Positions 9,117-17,622 of a DNA stretch of 64,000 nt are shown piece by piece (the stretch's first letter is position 1; each line of letters opens with the position of its first letter). The notes under the pieces are model-generated. The model did not search any database, was not told the DNA's origin, and saw only the letters and a list, made by a program, of their open reading frames with translations. The stretch comes from Candidatus Omnitrophota bacterium (GTDB taxonomy: Bacteria > Omnitrophota > Gorgyraeia > Zapsychrales > JANLHA01): NCBI GenBank assembly GCA_020632555.1, contig JACKFI010000001.1:1750-65749 (forward strand). The letters are read 5' to 3'. The translations under genes were made by a program, and so were the position numbers.

Positions 9117-9317
9117 AAAATTTTATCCCAAATTTTGCATTACAACACAGTGCACGACGATAAGTTGCTCACAAAAAAGTGAAATGCAAAATTTGCCTTC
9201 GGTTGCGGATTCCCGCAAGGATTAACCCCGCACGTCTCGTTTTTGTCGAGACATGCGGCCCTTTGGGCGAGTTTTGCTTGGCCTCGCAAAGGCGAGACTA
9301 ATGCAAAATCCGGGTTT
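9117..9317 (-). repeat. Y element copy 1 (hairpin repeat) carrying a nested 117-nt insertion
   Basis: It is the reverse complement of 36148..36229 except for extra sequence between two copies of AATGCAAAAT (9183..9192 and 9300..9309). It abuts the stop codon of the TlpA-like gene. Confidence 0.8.
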
Positions 9318-9837
9318 ATTTCTCAACAGCAACAGCGCCCAACATCGTCATAAAATTGTCCGGCAAACCATGCTCCATGGCAACAACAATCCCACCACGG
9401 TCAACAAAGAATAAAGTCGGCAAACCGATAATGCTGTACTGCTCGGATATCTCCGAATGTTCATCAAGAAAGACTGAATAAGGCAATTTGATTTTATTCA
9501 TATACGATTGCACCAGACGCGGGCCTTCTTCAACATTGACCAAAACAATCTTAATATTATTTTTCTTAAATACCTCTTCTAACTTGCCCAAAGTTTTTAA
9601 TTCTTCCCGGCAATGCGGACACCAAGTCGCCCAAAAGAAAATAATCGCCGGATCACTGCCACGGTACTGATTTAAGCTCATCGTTTCTCCCGAGCTTAAT
9701 TTTAATGTAAAATTTGGCGCTTGTTTTTGAATCAAAGGGTTTTCCTCAAAACTAAACTGACCTTCCGCTTTAAAAGGAATACAGATCAACATCACCACAC
9801 TCAAAACCCAAAACCACTTCAATAACCATTTCATCAT
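9316..9837 (-). CDS. TlpA/ResA-family thiol-disulfide oxidoreductase, secreted
   Basis: WATWCPHCREE thioredoxin-fold active site and a hydrophobic N-terminus. Start moved to ATG 9837/9834 behind a GGGAGG RBS, because the upstream cutA ends at 9861. Confidence 0.8.
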   Translation of the reverse strand: MMKWLLKWFWVLSVVMLICIPFKAEGQFSFEENPLIQKQAPNFTLKLSSGETMSLNQYRGSDPAIIFFWATWCPHCREELKTLGKLEEVFKKNNIKIVLVNVEEGPRLVQSYMNKIKLPYSVFLDEHSEISEQYSIIGLPTLFFVDRGGIVVAMEHGLPDNFMTMLGAVAVEK

Positions 9838-9860
9838 CAACCTCCCTGATTCATTTAAAT

Positions 9861-10175
9861 TTATTTTGTTTCTGCCGCTAACCATGCTAAATATTTCTTT
9901 TCTCCAGCGATAATCGGCAAAGCAATAATTTCCGGGACATCATAACCATGGACTTCTTTGACCGCTTTGGCCAATTTAGAAAAGAATGACTGACGCGTCT
10001 TAATCACCAAAAGAACTTCCGATGAACACTCCACCTTGCCTTGCCACCGATAATGCGATTCGATGTTGGGGATAATATTAACACAAGCGGCCAAATTTCG
10101 CGCTAACAAATGCTGCGCAATCTTACGCCCCTCTGATAAATCTTTCGCCGTCACATACACCACAATAAATTTCAT
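9861..10175 (-). CDS. cutA: Divalent-cation tolerance protein CutA
   Basis: 104 aa with a CutA1-like sequence (VYVTAKD...LAACVNI...S.Y.W.G). Confidence 0.85.
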   Translation of the reverse strand: MKFIVVYVTAKDLSEGRKIAQHLLARNLAACVNIIPNIESHYRWQGKVECSSEVLLVIKTRQSFFSKLAKAVKEVHGYDVPEIIALPIIAGEKKYLAWLAAETK

Positions 10176-10280
10176 GTTTTATCCTTCCTAAGAATTTACC
10201 CTATCCGCCCAATGACCAATTTGACCCGTGGATTCCCGCTTACGCGGGAATGACAGAAAGAAATACTACAACCCACAATC

Positions 10281-10349
10281 CAGAGTCTAACCCCTATCCC
10301 CCAACCACTAACCCCAACGTCTAGCGTCTAGCTTCCCACCCCTAATCCC
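10281..10349. repeat. W repeat copy (CTAACCCC/TAGTCCC-type low-complexity element)
   Basis: CAGAGTCTAACCCCTATCCCCCAACCACTAACCCCAACGTCTAGCGTCTAGC... is related, in reverse complement, to 44509..44546 and 44770..44817. It overlaps the 3' end of the pgeF-like ORF. Confidence 0.7.
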
Positions 10350-11060
10350 TGTTTCCATCATCATCATCGACAAATGCCGACCAGATTGCTCTTTATCCCG
10401 TCGATATGAAAAAAATCCTTTGCCGCAAACCGTGCACGAAGCATTATCAAAAATATTCGCTGGTTGTACACCCAAGCTAAGCAACTGATTTTTATTGACC
10501 AGCGGCAAATCCAGATACCGTTTATTTCCCATAACCAAAACTTCGCCCGGAAAAGTTGTCGCAAATTCTGCCCCAACCTCGTAACAACAAACCCCAATCG
10601 CCGGCCCAAAAGCCACTCTCAAGTCGACCGCACAACTGCCATAATTCTGCTTCAAAGCCGCAATTGCCTGCTTAACAATCTTCTGAGCGCTGCTCTGCCA
10701 TCCAGCGTGCACTAAACCAATAGATTCTTTCTGCGGATCATATAAAAAAACCGGCAAACAATCCGCCGTTCGCACCGAAAGAACAACTCCCGGGACATTA
10801 GTCACAACACCATCTGCCTGTGGAATCAAACCCTCCTGTTGAGGGATATCTCCGGCACTAATCGTTAAAATCTTATTGCCATGCACCTGACGAATAGTAA
10901 AAATCTTGTCTGCATCAATTTGATATTCGTGCCGTAAAAATTTTTTTTGCTCTGCAGAAAGGCCCAGCGCTTGCGGCGGCAAAACAAAATCTGTGGTCGC
11001 ATCGGTAAAAATAGCCTTCACCTGATTGGGAAAGAAATTATCAAATCCATCAAGATTCAC
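10308..11060 (-). CDS. pgeF: YfiH/PgeF (DUF152) purine nucleoside phosphorylase / laccase-domain protein
   Basis: Family motifs TADCLPV, LVHAGW and CTVCG..FFSYRRD. GTG start in the ORF track. The last ~15 aa are encoded by the W repeat. Confidence 0.85.
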   Translation of the reverse strand: MNLDGFDNFFPNQVKAIFTDATTDFVLPPQALGLSAEQKKFLRHEYQIDADKIFTIRQVHGNKILTISAGDIPQQEGLIPQADGVVTNVPGVVLSVRTADCLPVFLYDPQKESIGLVHAGWQSSAQKIVKQAIAALKQNYGSCAVDLRVAFGPAIGVCCYEVGAEFATTFPGEVLVMGNKRYLDLPLVNKNQLLSLGVQPANIFDNASCTVCGKGFFSYRRDKEQSGRHLSMMMMETGIRGGKLDARRWG

Positions 11061-12207
11061 GCAAAGCCTCCGCCTTTAAATCAATCGCCGCAAAATCTGT
11101 TTGCGTGACGGCAGGATTACCTTGCTTATATTCTTCAATTTGCCGAATTTTCGTATCCAACTGCACAAAGTTCTTGGTCTTAATATCTGCATAAAGCAAA
11201 TTGAGTTTCTCGACCTGTTTCCCCAACTCATCGTCAAACCGTCCTTTAAAACGATCGTACAAACCAATAAACTGTTCAATCAAACCAATGATTTTGCGAA
11301 TATCATTTTCATAGCGAAAATTCTCATGCGCCTGTCGAATCACCGACAGCATAGCATACAGCGTAAACGGCGAACACAAAACAACTTTGTCGCGCAAAGC
11401 TTCTGTCATCAAATCTGGCAAGTTCTCTTGAATAAACCCAAAAACTTGTTCATTGGGAATAAACAATAATACAAAATCCAGCGTGTTCTCGGCTGGATTA
11501 ATATAATTGCGGTTTTGAATTTCTTTAACGCGATCTTTGACATTTTTAAGAAACTCTTTGAGAGCAGCAGTGCGCTCCAAGCCTTCTGGCAAATTGACCA
11601 TCTTCATATAATTATCCAACGGAAATTTAGCATCCATATTCACCCGCTGATGATTAGGGAGAAAAAACGCATAATCTGGTTTAGTCGTCGCACTGTCTTG
11701 CTGCTTTTGCTTTTCGTAATTAATACCTTCCATCAAGCCAGCATAACGAATAATATCTTCGGCCATGCGCTCTCCCCATTGCCCGCGCAATTTGACATTG
11801 CCAAGGATATTATTCAAATGATTGGTGGTGTCCTGCAGACGCGCCGTCGCCAAAGAAGCATTTTTTAATTCATTTTCCAGTTGACCATATTTAACCGAGC
11901 GGTCTTGTTCAAAATCACGCACCTGTTTTTGATATTGCGCCAATTCCTCTTTAAGCTGTGTGACCCACGATTCAACCGCTTGCTTGCGAACTTCCAATTC
12001 CCCAGAAGCTTTGCTCTGTTCTGTTTTAAATTGCTGTCCGGCCAAAAGCAAAAACTGTTCTTGATTGGCTTTCATCTGCTGAGCAATCCGTTCTTCAAAA
12101 AAAGCAACCTGAGCTTGACTCTGCGATTGCAAAACCTTTTGCAAAACAAAGACAAACACAATCAAAACAAACACGATGCCAACAATTCCGACAATCAAGA
12201 ACTCCAT
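11050..12207 (-). CDS. rmuC: DNA recombination protein RmuC
   Basis: 385 aa with an N-terminal TM segment, a long coiled coil and an RmuC-type C-terminal nuclease-like region (DFVLLFIPNEQVF). Confidence 0.85.
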   Translation of the reverse strand: MEFLIVGIVGIVFVLIVFVFVLQKVLQSQSQAQVAFFEERIAQQMKANQEQFLLLAGQQFKTEQSKASGELEVRKQAVESWVTQLKEELAQYQKQVRDFEQDRSVKYGQLENELKNASLATARLQDTTNHLNNILGNVKLRGQWGERMAEDIIRYAGLMEGINYEKQKQQDSATTKPDYAFFLPNHQRVNMDAKFPLDNYMKMVNLPEGLERTAALKEFLKNVKDRVKEIQNRNYINPAENTLDFVLLFIPNEQVFGFIQENLPDLMTEALRDKVVLCSPFTLYAMLSVIRQAHENFRYENDIRKIIGLIEQFIGLYDRFKGRFDDELGKQVEKLNLLYADIKTKNFVQLDTKIRQIEEYKQGNPAVTQTDFAAIDLKAEALRES

Positions 12208-12257
12208 AAAAACACCCTTTCTATTATTCTAGCAAGGAGCTACAGCAAGAGAACAAC

Positions 12258-12336
12258 GAGTTGCATATTGAGTTTTTCGGCTCAATTGTTTGGCGCCTCT
12301 ATGGCGCTATTCGCCTAAAAACTCAATATGCAACTC
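12258..12336 (+). repeat. X element copy 2: conserved core inside a perfect 20-bp locus-specific stem
   Basis: GAGTTGCATATTGAGTTTTT, core CGGCTCAATTGTTTGGCGCCTCTATGGCGCTATTCGCC, then AAAAACTCAATATGCAACTC. It lies 5 nt from the dinB stop. Confidence 0.9.
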
Positions 12337-12341
12337 GCCAC

Positions 12342-13502
12342 CTACATCTTTCCACGTCCAATAGCTTGCTCACCAAACTTATTTTTTATCACATCGACAA
12401 CGCTATGAATTTTCTCGCGTCGTTCATTGACCGGATAACTAAACAAACTTTCTTGCACATAATCATCAGCGAAATTATTAACCTTAACTCCAATCAAACG
12501 AATTTTCATCCCTGGTTTAAAGAACTTTTTGAATATGTCTTTAGACACTGCAAAAATGATATCAGAAAAATTAGTCCGCTCTCCCAAAGTCTGCGCACGA
12601 GTGTACGTCTGAAATCCATGCAGACGTATTTTAACCGTGATGGTCTTACCTTTCAAGCTGTACTTTCGCAGTCGCCGCGAAACCTGCTGAGCCAAATCCA
12701 GCATCCTTGCCAAAACCTCCTCGCCGTCAGTGGTGTCTTTTTCAAAAGTATGCTCATGGCTAACCGACTTGATATCTGTTTGCTCAACAACTTCCCGCTG
12801 ATCAATGCCATGAGACAAATTGAAAAAATGTTCTCCGGTCTCGCCAAAATGATTATGCAACTGCTCCCGTGACATTCGCGCCAAATCTCCAATGGTTTGA
12901 ATATCCCAACGATGCAAAACTTCTGCTGCCTTAGGCCCCACACCCCACAACCGCTCAATTTTCAGCGGATGAAGAAAGCCTTGAACTTCCTTTTCTAAAA
13001 CCTCTAACAAACCATCTGGTTTTGATAAATCAGAAGCAATCTTAGCAACAAACTTCACCGGCGCAATACCAACCGACGCCGTTAATCCAACGTCCTGCCG
13101 AATCTTTTCTTTTAAACGTTGAGCGGCAAAAACAGCACCGCCGAATAAATGCGCGCTGGTGGTCATATCCAAAAACGCTTCATCAATACTCAGCCCTTCA
13201 ATGTGGGGAGTGAAGTCATAAAAAATTTTAAAAACCGCCCGCGATGCTTCACTGTATTTTTGAAAATTGGGCGACAGAAAGATAGCTGTTGGGCACAGTT
13301 GATAGGCTTTGGAAACCGGCATTGCGCTATGAATGCCAAACGTGCGAGCTTCATAAGAACAGGTCGAAACAACCCCGCGGCCACGACCTGCTTTGGGATC
13401 GGCGCCAATCACAACCGGCTTACCACGCAAATGCGGATGATCCCTTTGCTCAACTGCAGCAAAGAAAGCATCGAGATCAACATGCATAATTATTTTCATC
13501 AT
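12342..13502 (-). CDS. dinB: DNA polymerase IV
   Basis: HVDLDAFFAAVEQ and SIDEAFLD Y-family polymerase motifs. The ORF-track start 13514 is TTG; ATG at 13502/13499 is more likely. Confidence 0.9.
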   Translation of the reverse strand: MMKIIMHVDLDAFFAAVEQRDHPHLRGKPVVIGADPKAGRGRGVVSTCSYEARTFGIHSAMPVSKAYQLCPTAIFLSPNFQKYSEASRAVFKIFYDFTPHIEGLSIDEAFLDMTTSAHLFGGAVFAAQRLKEKIRQDVGLTASVGIAPVKFVAKIASDLSKPDGLLEVLEKEVQGFLHPLKIERLWGVGPKAAEVLHRWDIQTIGDLARMSREQLHNHFGETGEHFFNLSHGIDQREVVEQTDIKSVSHEHTFEKDTTDGEEVLARMLDLAQQVSRRLRKYSLKGKTITVKIRLHGFQTYTRAQTLGERTNFSDIIFAVSKDIFKKFFKPGMKIRLIGVKVNNFADDYVQESLFSYPVNERREKIHSVVDVIKNKFGEQAIGRGKM

Positions 13503-13563
13503 TCGAGGGAACAAACAAAGAACTCGTCTTCAAAACATCAAAAACAAGCTATTAGGAACAATA

Positions 13564-13989
13564 TTAATAACCCAATCTGGTACAAAGTCCAGCTGGGCCC
13601 CCGGAACAGGTGATGTTAGGCCTTACTGTCGTATTAATCACCACCATATTCAATGTATATGAAAGCGGCGGAGTTCGCGTGATCGTATATGTTAACGAAG
13701 GTATCCCCGGAGCAAATATTGCATTAACCGGCTGAAAATTCTCTGATAATTGTAAACCATTAGCAAACGGATCTATTCCCCCAACAATCACACCTGCAAT
13801 TGTTCCCGTTTCAACCTTAACCCGCTGAACATTAGAGAAAATAGCTATCAACATCCCTTCAGCTTCCTTCGCTCTCGATTTTTCAATCACAGTCCCATAA
13901 TTAATAAACGCCAGTGAGGCCAAGACAGTCACCATAATAATGGCAATAATAATCTCCATCAAAGTAAACCCGCTTAATCGATGCTTCAT
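13564..13989 (-). CDS. Type IV pilin / pseudopilin-like protein
   Basis: Prepilin N-terminal cleavage/methylation motif G|FTLMEIIIAIIMV after a short basic leader. Start at ATG 13989; the track start is TTG. Confidence 0.75.
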   Translation of the reverse strand: MKHRLSGFTLMEIIIAIIMVTVLASLAFINYGTVIEKSRAKEAEGMLIAIFSNVQRVKVETGTIAGVIVGGIDPFANGLQLSENFQPVNAIFAPGIPSLTYTITRTPPLSYTLNMVVINTTVRPNITCSGGPAGLCTRLGY

Positions 13990-14239
13990 TGTCAAAACAT
14001 CCTTTTTTATACGTGAATTATTGCTTCAACTATACCATTTAAAGAATAAAAAACCCAACGCAGATGTTCAACAACAAACACCTTCCCTAAACATCAACGA
14101 CGGCGAGACTTAGAACGCAAAATATCGTCATACGTCCAATCTTTATCTTTTTTCTGTTGAGTTTCAACCTGCGGAGTGAATTTCTTAGGATCTAGCTTTT
14201 GGCGAGGCTTACGAGACATCCACAATCCTTCCTTTGACA

Positions 14240-14656
14240 TTATCGAACAGATGTTATCCGACCACCCGGAAAGAAATCATACATCCTTAATTGACCTTCG
14301 GAATCAAAGTACAGATAAACTTTGTCAGAACCAAATAATTTGGTGGAATAACGATACATCCAAACTTGATAAACGCTATCGTCCATTTTAACTTTTTTAT
14401 CAAAAATCGGTTGGCCAAAATTGATCCAAATACTTTCCTGGTTTGAATATTGCTTCAATGTTCCGGTTTTCGCGGCAGTCAATAAATGTTCAAACCTTCG
14501 ATTTTGTTCTTGAACTGTGCTAGCTTGCCAGTCTTTATTCTGCGAATACCCTTTTAGCCGCAACAGCTCCTGCATATGCGAGACCTTGGCGCAACCAGCA
14601 AAAACCAAAATAATCAAAATCAAAACAAGACAATTAAAATTTTTCATTGCCGGCAT
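14240..14656 (-). CDS. Hypothetical lipoprotein
   Basis: Signal peptide ending in lipobox LVFAGC. I recognise no other domain. Confidence 0.5.
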   Translation of the reverse strand: MPAMKNFNCLVLILIILVFAGCAKVSHMQELLRLKGYSQNKDWQASTVQEQNRRFEHLLTAAKTGTLKQYSNQESIWINFGQPIFDKKVKMDDSVYQVWMYRYSTKLFGSDKVYLYFDSEGQLRMYDFFPGGRITSVR

Positions 14657-14720
14657 TATATACCTCGTTTTAAAAGTTCACCAATAAATATTACAGAAAA
14701 ACAAAAGAAACCTTCACGTC

Positions 14721-16667
14721 TTACTTACTAATCCGTCCCCGTTCTTCAGCCAATTGCTTAATGGTCGCCTCAATCTCCCGCTGACGCTGCGCAATCCATT
14801 TGAGCCGCTGGCCATATTCTTTGAGCATATCTGGGTCTTTGCCGTAAGCATTAGAAAGAACGCGCGCTTTGACATAACTTTCGGACTCGATCTCTTTGTT
14901 CTCAATTTCCAAGGCCTTGATTTCCTTTTTAATATCCGCAAGCCGCTTTAAAGCTTGATTATGCTGCGCCCGCGCCTCCTGCATTTTAGAATTCTCGGCG
15001 GCAAAAGCCCGGCGTTTGTCCTCCTTGACTTTCAATTCTTGTTCACGCGCCACGCGCTGACTCTCCTGGCCCAACGTTTCCCCGCTGGCCTTTTTATCGA
15101 GATAATAATCCAGGCCCCCTGCATAAATTTTAATGCGGCCCTGGTCCACCTCAATAATATAATCCGCGATTTGCTGAACAAAAAAAAGATCATGACTGAT
15201 AAAAACCAACGTTCCCTGATATTTCTGAAAACATTCGGTCAAAGCTTCAACGCCATCAATATCCAAATGCGTCGTCGGCTCATCCAATAAAACAAAGTTG
15301 GGTGGATTCAATAAAAGCTTGGCCAAAATCAAGCGGCTCTTTTCACCGCCGGAAAGAATTTTGACATGTTTAAAAACATCATCCCCGCGAAAATTAAAAA
15401 TACTCAACAGCGTCCGCATCGTCACCGCCGGAACACTCTTGGATGACGCGGTGGCCAATTCCTCTAAAGCCGTATTATTCGGATTCAAAACATCCAATCG
15501 TGTCTGCGAAAAATAACCGCGCGTGACATTAAATCCCAATTTCACCTGCCCCTCATCAGGCGAAATGATGTCCGCCAACATTTTTAACAATGTGGATTTA
15601 CCGGCGCCATTAGGCCCAATCAAACAAATTTTCTGTCCCTTAATAATTTCCAAATCCAGGTTTTTATAAACTTGTTTTTCCCCATAAGCTTTACTCAAGC
15701 CTTGCGCGGTGGCCACCACATATCCGCTTTCTTGAGTTGCCGGAAACTCAAAATCACGAATACTGCGTCGCTCTTGCGGCAAGTCCACTTGCTGTTCTTC
15801 AATCTTTTCCAACATTTTGCGCTTATTGCGAACAGCCGCCGCGCGATTGGGCTGGGCATGAAATCTCTGCGCGAACTTCTCCAGCTGATCTTTACGTTGC
15901 TCTAAAACCTTTTGCTGTTTTTCCAAGGATTTATTCATCAAACTCTTTTGTTCTTCATACGCTTGATAATTCCCCTTGATTTTAGTCATCTGCCCATTTT
16001 CCAAAACAATCGTATAATTGGTCACATCATTAAGAAAAATCTTATCGTGCGAAATAATAATAAAAGTTCCCGGGTAACTGGCGAGAAATCCTTTTAACCA
16101 CAATGTGGCATGCAAATCCAAATAATTGGTCGGCTCATCGAGGAGAATAATATCATATGAATACAAAAGCAACTTCGCCAGCAATGTTCGCATCTGCCAA
16201 CCGCCGCTCAAAGTATTAACCGGTTTATGAAACTCTTCGGTTTTGAATCCCAAACCCGTCAAAATACGCTCGGCTTTATTCTCTAGTTCATAAATCCCGG
16301 CGGCTTCCAATTCTTCCAAAATATCGCCATAGCGCACACTGTCAGCCTTATTGGCATCTTCCAACTCATGCTTTTCCTGTAACAATCTTTTAATGCGCGC
16401 ATCACCTGCCGTCACTTCATCCATAACAGTCTGCTTGGAAGAAAAATGAGCTTCTTGCGCCAAATGGCCGATATTCAAATTCTTCTGCATTTGCACACTG
16501 CCGCCGGTTGATTCCATTTGTCCGCGAATAATCGAAAACAAAGTCGACTTTCCCGAACCATTGGGACCTGTCAAACCAATTTTCTCACCGGCAAAAATGC
16601 TCAAATTCACATCTTTAAACAATGTGCGCCCGGTAAAATTCTTTGATAATCCATTAATTGTAATCAT
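14721..16667 (-). CDS. ABC-F family ATPase (two ABC domains, no TM domain)
   Basis: Walker A GPNGSGKST and GPNGAGKST, signatures LSGGWQ and LSGGEK, and a charged coiled-coil C-terminal extension. 648 aa. Confidence 0.9.
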   Translation of the reverse strand: MITINGLSKNFTGRTLFKDVNLSIFAGEKIGLTGPNGSGKSTLFSIIRGQMESTGGSVQMQKNLNIGHLAQEAHFSSKQTVMDEVTAGDARIKRLLQEKHELEDANKADSVRYGDILEELEAAGIYELENKAERILTGLGFKTEEFHKPVNTLSGGWQMRTLLAKLLLYSYDIILLDEPTNYLDLHATLWLKGFLASYPGTFIIISHDKIFLNDVTNYTIVLENGQMTKIKGNYQAYEEQKSLMNKSLEKQQKVLEQRKDQLEKFAQRFHAQPNRAAAVRNKRKMLEKIEEQQVDLPQERRSIRDFEFPATQESGYVVATAQGLSKAYGEKQVYKNLDLEIIKGQKICLIGPNGAGKSTLLKMLADIISPDEGQVKLGFNVTRGYFSQTRLDVLNPNNTALEELATASSKSVPAVTMRTLLSIFNFRGDDVFKHVKILSGGEKSRLILAKLLLNPPNFVLLDEPTTHLDIDGVEALTECFQKYQGTLVFISHDLFFVQQIADYIIEVDQGRIKIYAGGLDYYLDKKASGETLGQESQRVAREQELKVKEDKRRAFAAENSKMQEARAQHNQALKRLADIKKEIKALEIENKEIESESYVKARVLSNAYGKDPDMLKEYGQRLKWIAQRQREIEATIKQLAEERGRISK

Positions 16668-16692
16668 AATTCTCTAAATCCTTATTGTTTTG

Positions 16693-16768
16693 TGTCATTG
16701 CGAAGCCGTCAGGCCGAAGCAATCTTATCTTAAGATTGCCGCGTCGCCTTTGGCTCCTCGCAATGACA
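16693..16768. repeat. Z element copy 1 (76-nt foldback: TGTCATTGCGA...TCGCAATGACA)
   Basis: Terminal inverted repeats plus an inner hairpin GCAATCTT-atct-TAAGATTGC. Intergenic. Overlapping ORF-track ORFs on both strands are artefacts of the repeat. Confidence 0.85.
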
Positions 16769-16883
16769 GCACAACAATGCTGTCGCCAAAGACAACTCCC
16801 AATCTTTATATGTCCCCTGATCATTACGCACGCTGGGCGGGGCAAACGTTCAGACATAAGGCATACAAAAGCACAAACACCAA

Positions 16884-17618
16884 CTAAACACTCTGCTTTA
16901 TTTTTAAGTCCCGGATTTCCCTAGCCGTCAAAACCCGACATTTACCCGTCGCCAAATCCCCCAAAGACAATGACCCTTGTCGGATGCGCTTTAAAAATGT
17001 GACATAATGCCCAACTTGCGCAAGCATCAAACGAATTTGCCGTTTGCGACCTTCATGAATTGTAATCAAAAACTCACACCCTTTTTCCAAAATCTTAAGC
17101 GCGGTGATTTTTGCCGGCGCTGTTTTTTCTCCGTCAACGATAACGCCAATTTCCAAGTTCTTTTGATCCTGCGGACTTAATCGTTTTTGAATCCGCACCA
17201 CATAAGTTTTGTCCACATCATAGCGCGGATGAGTCAACTGATTGGCCAAATCCCCGTCATTGGTCATAATCAACAAACCTTCGGTATTCTTGTCCAACCG
17301 GCCGACCGGATTCAAATGACGCAAACCCGTCGGTAAAAGGTCTAGAACTGTTTTTTGCGCGAAGCGATCTTCCCGCGTGGTCACATAACCAACTGGTTTA
17401 TTGAGCATCACATACTCATACGCTTTTTTCTGAACAATTTTGCCATCAAAGATAATACGATCATGAGCCGCGTTAACCAGCGTGGACGGCTCGCGGACAA
17501 TCTGTCCATTAACACTGACAAAACCAAGTTGTATTGCTTCCATCGCTTTACGGCGAGAACAAATGCCTTGATGAGCCAAATACACATTAAGCCGCTGAGA
17601 TTCTGTTGTTTCTTGCAT
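16884..17618 (-). CDS. Pseudouridine synthase, RsuA/RluB family, with S4 domain
   Basis: S4-like N-terminus (RLNVYLAHQGICSRRKA) and catalytic GRLD motif (PVGRLDKNTEGLL). Confidence 0.85.
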   Translation of the reverse strand: MQETTESQRLNVYLAHQGICSRRKAMEAIQLGFVSVNGQIVREPSTLVNAAHDRIIFDGKIVQKKAYEYVMLNKPVGYVTTREDRFAQKTVLDLLPTGLRHLNPVGRLDKNTEGLLIMTNDGDLANQLTHPRYDVDKTYVVRIQKRLSPQDQKNLEIGVIVDGEKTAPAKITALKILEKGCEFLITIHEGRKRQIRLMLAQVGHYVTFLKRIRQGSLSLGDLATGKCRVLTAREIRDLKIKQSV

Positions 17619-17622
17619 GCAA

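Noticed and set aside
14094-14219. 41-aa minus-strand ORF (MSRKPRQKLDPKKFTPQVETQQKKDKDWTYDDILRSKSRRR) between the lipoprotein and pilin genes
   Set aside because: It is plausible by position, but I see no RBS, motif or homolog I recognise. It is too weak to list as a feature.
16654-16924. Overlapping 65-79 aa ORFs on both strands; similarly 56380..56589 and 46157..46410
   Set aside because: They are translations of the Z foldback repeat or of the hairpin array. ORFs occur on both strands of a palindrome, and alternative start codons are used.
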